The notes under the pieces were generated by a model that searched no databases, was not told the origin of the DNA, and worked only from the letters and a program-made list of their open reading frames with translations. 64,000 nucleotides of DNA from Octopus bimaculoides (taxonomy: Eukaryota). Every line of letters starts with the position of its first letter. Positions within the stretch are counted from its first letter, which is position 1. Location: NCBI RefSeq assembly GCF_001194135.2, contig NC_068986.1:22138956-22202955 (forward strand), written 5' to 3'. Positions 54,001 to 64,000 of the stretch are shown one piece after another. A program made the translations under genes and the position numbers.

Positions 54001-55235
54001 CAAATTTAAATATGCTATATTTTCATATAGTATATTTAAGACTGAATAGTAGCTGTCATATAAAACATTTCAAGATAACAATATACGTGGAAAAGTTTTG
54101 AAAGATCCTCCTATCTCCTATATCTTGGTTGAAAACTTCTCATGAGAACTGTTCAATGCAGCAGCCAAATCTCTCATCACTACTACACCAACAAACTTAC
54201 AAGTCTTTAAAAAGAAGACTGTTTTAAGTTCTAAATCTTAGTGTTTCCATTAGAGATGAGATGTCCACAGTCAGACATGTAGGTGAAATGCTTTTTCTAG
54301 ATCATCTACCAACATATCATAGTTCTAGTCAAACAGGCAAACTAGGACCACCTAACGACAACTACCAATGATCTTGATCAACGAAAATGACAAGTAGTCA
54401 TATATACAATTCTTAGTTCAAATCTTGTTAAAACTGAACCGGGCGTTTTATTCCTGAAGTTTGATAAAATCAATACAGGTCTCTTCAATAAGAATAGCAC
54501 GTATATTATTGGCTAATAGAAACTGAGGCTAAAGGATTGGCAGGATCATCGGACAAAATGCCATGTAGTATTAACGTTTTGAGTTCAAATATTGACGAAA
54601 TCAATGCTGTTTTTCCTTCTTCCAGGATTGATAAAATGTTATGTACCAGAGTTAAGTCCTGTGTCGATTTCATTGACTAACCTTAGCCTAAATTTGAATA
54701 CTTGTGCCTATAAAAGAAATCAATATTTTTGAAAATTTGAGATGAAACTGGTGAATCTAAGGCCTCCAAAAGAACCCTATATGTTTCTTATTTGAAGCAG
54801 TCTTTTATTACTGAAGACCAAACATTGCATGGCTGTATACATACAGTTCAAGAGAAATGCCTTAAGTAGAACAAAAAGAATTACGCAATCGTGCACAGAT
54901 TATAATTTATAATCTACAAATATACAGACACACACAATTACCGGTATAATCACAGTATCAGACAACTCAGGATTTCAGTCAGACACTCATATATATGACG
55001 AATTTAAAATGTTACGTTACTGATTATGTTAGTGGCAAACCTCAAACAAGTTTATTTAATATAAGCATCTAAATTAGCTTATCTTCATGATTTATTGGCA
55101 TAAATGCTTAGTCAAAAATACTAGAGATTAATATAGTTAAAAACTAACTGGATTTAGACACGTCTCCACACACGCGTGACGAGTGTATATTTATAATTTT
55201 ACATTATTCAATACACACTTAGTCTGACTGTTTGT

Positions 55236-55278
<43 letters not shown>

Positions 55279-55430
55279 NNNNNNNNNNNNNNNNNNNNNN
55301 NNNNNNNNNNNNNNNNNNNNNNNNNNNNNNTATATATAGCATAAATACCGACTTGATAAATGACCGATACATTATGAAAACAAAACAGTTTTAGGACTAC
55401 GCAGTTGATTTAACATAATTCCTAGTTCTT

Positions 55431-55480
<50 letters not shown>

Positions 55481-56955
55481 AGAGAGATGCTGAATCCGAA
55501 ATTCGTTATCTGAACAGGCATACATGGAACACACAAACAAGTTTGGATTCATAAACAGCAATTAATGTTTTAAGTAATTAATAAAGTGTCGGCGAAAATA
55601 GGCTAAAGGAACGTATTTAACTTGCATTTCAAGGATCAATGCCAAACATTTTCAGATTAGGGAAATACAGAAAACTGGCAGATAATATATATTTTAAGAT
55701 CAGAGGAATCGTTCACCAACCAATCGGTTCCTTATAAAACCAAAGGAAGAAAGAAAAGGGAAGGGAAAGCTGAAAATTATGGGCATCGACATTCACTGAT
55801 CTAAGCTTGTTTTTATTATCAACAATCGAACACTGCTAATTGTAAATATAAGAGCATAAAGGCCTTTCAATCCTTTTTTTAAAAACTTTTAAATAATAAT
55901 AATAATAACTCTATTATATAAGCATAATGCTTGAGTTATATAAATGAAAATGTAGTAGGAGCTGTGGTATGCATTTCACAGGGACAATACGAACGATTAA
56001 TAATAATAATAATGATGATTTCTTTATTAACCACAAGGGGTTTACATTAAGAAAAACATTGTGGACAATAATAATAATAATAATAATAATCGGTTCTTTT
56101 AGTCGACACAAGGGGAACGACGAAATGCAGGGAGAGCTTCAAAACGAGGTAAGGGGGTGAGAAAGGAGAAAATATATATTATTATTATTATTATCATCTG
56201 AGCTAAATATAGAAGTATTTAATTTCAGTGTTTAATTTTCTGCGCTGATCCAATTCTAGTGAGTCGACATTGTCTTCTAAAGTTGTTTAACACCAGGACA
56301 GCCATAATCAGGCAAAAAAGAAAAAAAAATCAATGATCAAAGCGTTCCAAGCATAATCCTCACCCTTATTTTCAGACAATGCATATCAAATGTGTCACTT
56401 TATTCTTTTTAAGACGGTAAGGTGTGTGGTTTAAAAGAATTTGTCTGCAATAAACTTGATAGTGCCCCATAAAATTTGGCCTTGCAAATCACCATGTAAG
56501 CAGTATTGGTTTATGTTATTTTGTAGTTCGTCGAATCTAGTCTGGAATTTCCAATTCCGATCAGATCGACATTTCGCCTTCTTTGCAAGCAACAACAATA
56601 ATTACTACCAATAAGACACTGGATCGATTCTCCTTTACTGAACTCATTTCGTACAAAGATGAAAAAAGAAATCGTTATTAACCGTTTCACTTGTTTTCAT
56701 GAAGAAAATTTACTAATGCTTAAAATATTAAAGCATTGCAACCAATAAATACAGTTTCCACGTAGTAATTCGATCAGCTAGAAATAGCAACCAAAATCTA
56801 CCTCAAATGAAACCCTAATGTCTTCAAAAGGGGAGAGGGGCGCATTAAATAATGTAGTCCTAGATATGCAATGTCCTTAGAGAAGGACGGAGGGGGGTAG
56901 TTACGGCGGGAACGAACGTTTAATTTTATTCTTTTAATTAAGTCTACCGAATTAT

Positions 56956-58391
56956 TGTTAAATAAAAATAAGCATCTTTAAAAAATAAGGCTTGGTGAAG
57001 GACTTTTATTTAGTTAATATATAATGAGAATTCATTATTCATTTCTTAGGTAAACAATTAAGAAATGTTCTTGCTTTTAGATGCTTAAGGGTGAAGAAAA
57101 AAAAAGGTGAGTTGATAAGTAGGTGACAAAGCATAAATGATCTGTGGAGAAATGTGATACATGTACATAAACAAATAAAGAATTAGTAAATACATTCGGA
57201 AATGTGGTTTCCAATAGGGAATTATTTTTTTAAGCCTTTGGAAAATACCGATACAAAGGCAGCTGAATGAAAATCGGATGCGACATAGACGAATATTGAA
57301 TTTGTATTCGTGAAGAGAAAACCTTGAGAGTAATGTAAACAATCGATAGTTTAATCATACTTGTGATCATATATGGAAATTGAAACTGAACAAATAAATT
57401 TAGTGTTTTGATTGAAAACCACTAACAGCAAAATGTGAACGTGCGTGCGTGCGTAGACGTATAGATGTGCATGTGAGTGTGTGTGTATACATGTACATGT
57501 GTGAGTGCGTGTGTGTATATAGAGAGATAGATAGATAGATAGATAGATAGGTAGAGAGAGAGAGAGAGAGAGATGTATGTAAAATTGACCTAAGACTAAA
57601 TATTTAAATAAAGCAACGAAATACAGACCAAAAAATGCCGAATAATTGTTTTATAGAGTGGAAAAATCTAAAGAATACGAAAGTGAAAAAAAAATTACGA
57701 CACGGTTGTTGTTTTTTTAAAAATTATATTAATAATAAAATTAATCTATTTAAATATGCACCTCTCTCATATATATATATGTCGGTATATGTTTTTATAT
57801 ATATATATATATTGGATATTGCCGTCCCCTGCAGGGATAAGCGATAAGCTATATTGTCACATGCGTGTCAAGATTTGTTTATCAGTGTAGAAATGGAGAA
57901 ATGTGATGATGAATCGTAAAAGATTGAATATCGACAAATCTCCGCATCTATTTAAAAATAATATCACAATACAACTACAAGAAGGATTGTCAGCTAAAAT
58001 AAAATGGGGAATCAAAATCCATGCTGCTACTGTAAGCAGAAAATATCTCTGGTTTTACACTTTAACCCATACATTTCGTTTTAAGCATTTAATCATGGCT
58101 CTAGGTGTGTTTAAAACAGATATAAATGTAATATACAACTAGTTTTCAATTATTTGAAGGTGTTAAATAAAAATAAGCATCTTTAAAAAATAAGGCTTGG
58201 TGAAGGACTTTTATTTAGTTAATATATAATGAGAATTCATTATTCATTTCTTAGGTAAACAATTAAGAAATGTTCTTGCTTTTAGATGCTTAAGGGTGCA
58301 GAAAAAAAAAGGTGAGTTGATAAGTAGGTGACAAAGCATAAATGATCTGTGGAGAAATGTGATACATGTACATAAACAAATAAAGAATTAG
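56956..58391. repeat. 231-bp direct duplication (56956-57186 and 58161-58391)
   Basis: The copies match by eye except one base (gtgaag vs gtgcag); offset 1205 bp. Confidence 0.95.
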
Positions 58392-58408
58392 GAAGTTTTA
58401 GAACTTAC

Positions 58409-58568
58409 CACAACTAGAGAATCCGTAATAAGGAGACTCAGAGGCACCATCATCCATCCCGTTGAGTAATTCTTCCTTACCGACATCGCTGTCTCCAACG
58501 AGCAAGAATTTCAACAGATAATCATAAGGTTTGGTAGCCAAAATCCGAGGTGAATTGGCAGCACACAT
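58409..58568 (-). CDS. RAB40: Rab40 coding exon 1: [53 protein letters not shown](G)
   Basis: ATG at 58568-58566 with an in-frame TAA 6 codons upstream; P-loop GDSDVGK; donor G|GTAAGT at 58408. Not in the ORF track because it is short. Confidence 0.95.
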
Positions 58569-58731
58569 TTCTCCTTCTTGTAGTTATTTATTTTTTAATT
58601 GCTTATTTGATTCCTTTGCGTTACTGAAACGCACGACTGTTTATTAAGTCTTATCCCACATCAAGTATTTTGCCAGAAATTCGGCCGATTATCCATGAGC
58701 GATAATAAAAAGTAAAAAAGTGCTGGACAAC

Positions 58732-58950
58732 CTGACAAACGACGTGAAAGAAGAGAACGGCGGTAAAAGATGGATACAGACAAATGCAAAATAATCAAAA
58801 GGAGGACTATAAATGTTGTAGCATACGGAATATTCGTAGTATTATTCAATATCTCGACAGGTTGCATGTAAATAACGGTGATGGTGTTAAAAAGACAATA
58901 AACAAATCAGTACATCATGATGAATTAATGCTTAGCAAGAACTCACTTAC
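58732..58950 (-). other. Putative 219-nt intron in the Rab40 5' UTR
   Basis: Minus-strand donor GTAAGT at 58950, with an overlapping GTGAGT at 58946. Long pyrimidine tract CTTTTACCGCCGTTCTCTTCTTTCACGTCGTTTGTCAG ends at 58732. No transcript evidence. Confidence 0.6.
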
Positions 58951-59867
58951 AACGGCGCATGGCGGAAGTCACGACATAGATTTACAAGCTTTACTGCTGT
59001 AACACTGCTGCTGCTGCTGATGGGAGAAGCTACGGAATAACATGCGGGATAACTTTTATACGATTTTCTTTATCACGTACAAAACATCGTATTTCTTTAA
59101 TTAAGCATTTTAGTTTCATTTTCGATAACATTTATTACATAAATACAGAAAACAAAGAAAAAAACCAAAACCCCCACTCTTCTTTTTAGAATTTCTCTTC
59201 TTTCATGGTTTCATTGAATATAGAAATATTTTTGAGAAAAGCAAAATATATTTTTTTTCTTTTCCTGGTTTCAATGACTGGACTGCGGATGCGTTGGGAT
59301 ACCGTCTTTGTGGATCTTGTTTCAAACCCACGCTATCCTGTCTCCACTGAAAGTACAGTAACACTGCATTCCTTGTGCCTCCTATTTTAAGCTTAAGCAC
59401 TTCCTTTCACGTACCGTTACAGGTCAGTAAACCGAAGGTCTTGGTGAACGTATATGAATATATATATATATATATATATANNNNNNNNNNNNNNNNNNNN
59501 NNNNNNNNNNNNNNNNNNNNNNNNNNNNNNNNNNNNNNNNNNNNNNNNNNNNNNNNNNNNNNNNNNNNNNNNNNNNNNNNNNNNNNNNNNNNNNNNNNNN
59601 NNNNNNNNNNNNNNNNNNNNNNNNNNNNNNNNNNNNNNNNNNNNNNNNNNNNNNNNNNNNNNNNNNNNNNNNNNNNNNNNNNNNNNNNNNNNNNNNNNNN
59701 NNNNNNNNNNNNNNNNNNNNNTGTGTCCTTTTTTTCTGTGTCCTTATCTGGACACAGGGAAAAAAATGTGTCAATGCCTAATAGGAAGCGGTCTGGCTTC
59801 CTAAGGCTAAACAGCAGTAGTATATTCCCTTATTGGGACTGTCACGTTAAGTTGACAGTATACAACT

Positions 59868-59905
<38 letters not shown>

Positions 59906-60060
59906 TATCTCCTAATTTAGACTTAGAAATAGATAAATTTTCAAAATTAAAAATAACCTGTCTGATAATCGCGCATGCGTAGATTCGCAGACGCGTGAAA
60001 ACATGTTTTACGAAAGGCGTTCCAACTGTGACTCTCTCATCTTTTAAAGCCCAAATCTCC
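58930..60060. promoter_or_regulatory. Putative Rab40 promoter region, CpG-enriched
   Basis: Directly upstream of the gene. ATGGCGGAAGT (YY1-like plus ETS-like) at 58959-58969 and CGCGCATGCGT (NRF1-like) at 59970-59980. Motif matches only. Confidence 0.45.
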
Positions 60061-60499
60061 CTCATGTCACACACTACCATCTTTCTGATAATGCTGTCTG
60101 GATTACGCTGCTTAAAAAAATGAAAGGTAGGATGGTCGTAGATGGAATAACTTCGATCATAGTTCTACAGGATCAAATCTGACCTGAGGCATAACAACAA
60201 TAACGGATATGTGTGTGTGTGCGCACCACTGTCACCCAACATACTAGAAATAGCAGCTACATTTATCGAAACAAACTCGTTGTTAAAATGAGCAGCGTTT
60301 GTTTTAAAATAATGATGACCTTATTCTATACAATGCCCAAGTGCGGTACAACTCATTGGAAAAGGGTAAAAGAGGAGACAGAAAGCAGCAGTAAATCAAA
60401 TAAAGACAATGATGAAAGCCAAAAGTATATGCACAATACACAGAATCAGACAAAAAAAGACAAAATAAACAGTAAAAGAGCCATAAAGAGGAGGGGTGC

Positions 60500-61640
60500 A
60501 TAGGACGTCAAGAGTTTTAGGAAACATGGAATTTTTAAAGGATGCAATGTTCTGACAGTTAGCAATGACATGGGTAGTTTATTCCACGCTTCAACAATTC
60601 TAAGCATGAAAAAATGTTTCATAAAGTCATGGGTGCAGCACTGTTTTTTTAATTTTTTATAAGCTTGTCCTTGAATGGTAGAGATATTGAATTTAAAAAC
60701 ATAGTGACAGTTGTTATTGGAAAGATGTTGGGTAATTATATAAACTTCTTCCGTGTCAGCTACCAGACATCAAAGCTTTAGTGTGTCTGTCAATGCTCAG
60801 AAAAGTAAGACATTCAAGATATGATAAGTGACTGATGAGTATTCATCCATTCATCTGGCTGCTTATCTCTGAACAACTTCCAGTAGATTGAGTTTTCTGG
60901 ATATCAGAATTCCAGATTGGAGATGCAAACTGTGGGAACATACCATAGCCATATATAATTTTAAATAGACAGCTGGTGAATAGTGAACAAAGCCGTTATT
61001 GAGATCTAAGACATCTTTGACTTTTTAGATGAATTTACAAATGTAGCTCATCCAACATAGATTATTGTTGACAATAATACTTTGGTCACAGGGTAAATTC
61101 TGGGCTTTTCCTCCCAAAACGTATAGTAGTTGCAAGCCAGCAGTTCACTGCTGCATTATGTCCAGGTTAGACTGCAGGAAAGATTTTTAGCATGTAAGAT
61201 CTGTTCTTTTGATCTCAAGATACTGCAGGATATCATTTGCATATTCTAATAGAGCAACATGCTTCAGGTTGGTTTCTGTTTCATTAATATAAGCAACAAA
61301 CAACATGGGGCCAAAAACAAATCCTTGTGAGACTCCAGATATCATTGCATAGGGTAAAGAATGTTCTCTTAGTACCATGACTTCTTATTGACTGAAAATA
61401 AGGGACTTCAATCTGTTATAAAGATTAGCTTCACTATAAGTTGTTTATGTGACACAGAATTAAAGGTTTTGGTGGAGTCAAGATAGACAACATCTACCCA
61501 TGAGCAGCCATCTGTAATTTGGGTGATTATCAGAATGCATTTTGTTGCAAACATTTGAGCTAGGTTTCTGGTCTGAAGTTAACTTCTCACCTTCCCACCA
61601 GTTTTGGAGGGACTGAAAAAAAACCATGGGTACTGCCCTT
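60500..61640 (-). mobile_element. Degenerate CR1/L2-like LINE reverse transcriptase and 3' region
   Basis: ORF 61187-61378 reads SGVSQGFVFGPMLFVAYIN...EYAND (SGVPQGS.LGP.LF..YIND...YADD). VDVVYLDSTKTF lies near 61490. Confidence 0.85.
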
Positions 61641-61884
61641 ACTCCATTAACTCCCTCACTTCTTCCTCTTTGCATTTTACAATTACTTACACTTTCATAG
61701 GTTTTCTGAGTCAGTTTTTACAGCTAGATGCCTTTCCTATCACCAGCAATTTTAGTAATGTCCTTCAATTTGCAGGGAAGTGGTTACATCTTTTCTAAAA
61801 CTGGGATACACAAAAAATTGAAAAGTAACCTTAAACTCTATTACTGTCATCTAATACTTTTCTTCCTGATGGTAGAGTTTCCAA

Positions 61885-62060
61885 GAAATAGCAGCCAAAC
61901 TTCCTTCAAATTGTACTCTACTCTCTTAAAAAAAGAAAGAGCACAATGGATAATGTAGTCTAAGATAGATTGCTTGGAAAAAAAGATGGGATGCTCATGG
62001 TTGGATTGTATTTGATCATAGGTTTGCTCAATCAGGGTCAAATTGGGATTAAAGAACACT
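61885..62060 (+). mobile_element. Short interspersed repeat family F. Other copies at ~3760-3935(-), 9935-10110, 22820-22960, 40010-40200(-), 56775-56900
   Basis: Shared gaaatagcagccaaa...ggataatgtagtc...gatcataggt...gatcagggctgacc sequence. Confidence 0.7.
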
Positions 62061-63010
62061 ATTGAATTGTCTTCTTACTATAAAACAAGAACTTAATCCA
62101 TTTTATAAGGTTTAAGAAGGGAGGTTTCTTATGAGAAATTAGAGTTTCATGCAATTTATCTTTGCAATAAGTAAATGTTACTTTTTAGTGCTATTAAATT
62201 TTATAAAATTGTCAAAGTACTTTTACTAGTAAGAGTGAATTACCTCATGGATGGATGAAATGTCTATATAGTAGGTGATGATAGGGTTTGCCAGAGATTA
62301 AATATTATATTTATAAGATAGAGAAGACTGAAGAGAGTGTTGTTTGTAGTGATTGACATAAAAGTTATTAGTGGCGAAGAGAAAGATTCTGGAGTTTGGA
62401 AATACTGGAGTTGGTAGAGAAGAGAATTGATATGGCACTATTAATATAAATGGATATTGTTCAGTCTCCTCTCAATCTATATGATTAATTCTATGCATAG
62501 AAGAAAGAGTTTGGTCATAAGAGTTGATTACTACATTTTCTCTGATATATTTTTTCCAGCATAAAAAAACTTTATATCTAACTATACTTGTTAATAAATG
62601 TTAATTCTTTTGATACCAAACCTGCCTCAGACTGCTCTCTAGATCTCTGATGAAAACTTTTCATTTTAAAGTGATTTAAATTAAAACCTTCCATAAAAAC
62701 TTCTTATTTATTTACATTTCAAACACCAATTTAATAATGACTAAGTTATTTTACAAAATTCTTCATTGTTTTCAAAATTAATTAAAACAAAGACAGTGTG
62801 TTTCATCAGAAAGAGGGTAACAAAAGAGTTAAACAATAATGATGATAGTTATCGTGTCTAAGACTTTGTTAATATCAAACACAAACACTTAAGTTTTCTT
62901 ATGGATTTCTGAGGTGAGAAATAGGCTTGATGCTTAGCAGTATCTACTGAGATACCTTACGTTACTAAACAAAAGGATCAATAGAATATATAATTGGAAA
63001 ATATTAATAG

Positions 63011-63262
63011 GCACAGGAGTGGCTGTGTGGTAAGTAGCTTGCTTACCAACCACATGGTCCCGGGTTCAGTTTCACTGCGTGGCAACTTGGGCAAGTGTCT
63101 TCTACTATTGGCTCGGGCCAACCAAAGCCTTGTGAGTGGATTTGGTAGACGGAAACTGAAAGAAGCCTATCGATCTCTTGCTGAAATGCTAAGTCATGGG
63201 GATGTAAACACACCAGCACCAGTTGTCAAGTGGTGATGGGGGACAAACAGACACACAAACAC
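63011..63262 (+). mobile_element. SINE family A copy, 3'-truncated
   Basis: Near-consensus head with CpGs retained. Confidence 0.88.
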
Positions 63263-63307
<45 letters not shown>

Positions 63308-63310
<3 letters not shown>

Positions 63311-63720
63311 TAGCAGAGATACCCGGCATTGCCTGTGACATACGGAGTTGAAGAATTAGACTTTTCTTTTATATTTTCTCTAATGAACTGGGATACTTAT
63401 GATTTGAATTTCATCAAAATTGGAGATTAAGAATTTTAATGGGAGCTCTTTCCCTCTTTACACACCCTAACAAAGATTCTAATCAAGACACATTTATCCC
63501 ATACAGCTCATCTTTATCCCCAAATTCCAAACTCCAAATCTTATAAAACCCATTCAAAGGTTTTTACTCCTGAAAAATGGAGCACATTGAGCTCTAAAAT
63601 GTGGGAGTTGAGGCCCCTATTAAGGGGGTCTTAAAGTCAACCATGGAAGTTGAATTGTTGGAAATCTTTTTTAACTTGTCATATCTATTGTTCAATTTTC
63701 TTTGAAATTGGAAATATATG
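63308..63720 (+). mobile_element. Possible non-autonomous Helitron/Helentron-like element
   Basis: Starts ACTAGCAGAGATACCCGGCATTGCC just after a (TA)n tract, resembling the 5' ends of such elements. The 3' end is not defined. Confidence 0.35.
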
Positions 63721-64000
63721 TATGTTCACTGGGTTTGTAAAAGAGAGCAAAGCTAGAGGAAACCAAAAGATGAATGATCACAGTAAGCAGTCAGCTACCC
63801 TACCCTAGTCGTTACCACTCCCCAATGTACGATTCCTCACCATACAGGTGACCAGCACAGCTGTAAGATGAATTATGGATCTATAGCAATTAGAAGGGCG
63901 TGACCCAACTCAAATAGACATTAACAACTGTGTGATGTGAGGGCTAAGGGAAAATGAAAGTGTCACTTTTGGAGTTTGCCAATAGGTAACTGAACAGAAT

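Larger units (their letters stand above)
4958..58568 (-). other. RAB40: Rab40 gene, coding span (6 coding exons, 273 aa Rab GTPase with C-terminal SOCS box and prenylation motif)
   Basis: Exons of 160+61+61+78+223+239 = 822 nt join in one frame with GT-AG introns (36052, 11340, 2987, 730, 1680 bp). The product has [63 protein letters not shown] and a SOCS box, which together identify the Rab40 family. Confidence 0.96.

Noticed and set aside
58661-58867. Unspliced 68-aa ORF upstream of Rab40
   Set aside because: Its ATG falls inside the inferred UTR intron; only the 3' part is retained in the spliced uORF model.

Overview
AT-rich, microsatellite- and SINE-dense animal genomic DNA with eight N gaps. 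It is most consistent with an octopus (coleoid cephalopod) draft assembly; the species is inferred from repeat style and was not verified. One protein-coding gene is supported: a complete minus-strand Rab40 (Rab GTPase plus SOCS box). It has six coding exons (58568-58409, 22356-22296, 10955-10895, 7907-7830, 7099-6877, 5196-4958; 822 nt, 273 aa), all five introns are GT-AG, and intron 1 is about 36 kb. A non-coding 5' exon ending at 58951 is inferred. The rest is transposon-derived: several SINE families, Penelope-like, RTE, CR1/L2-like and pogo remnants, hAT and piggyBac-like MITEs, and tandem arrays. I found no prokaryotic-type system. The best leads are a spliced uORF with tandem splice donors in the Rab40 leader, a divergent switch-I and CCIS tail in Rab40, three hammerhead-like retroelement ends, a 231-bp near-perfect duplication beside the exon-1 donor, and a CpG-retention domain around the promoter. 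All translations, counts and folds were done by eye, and repeat boundaries are approximate.
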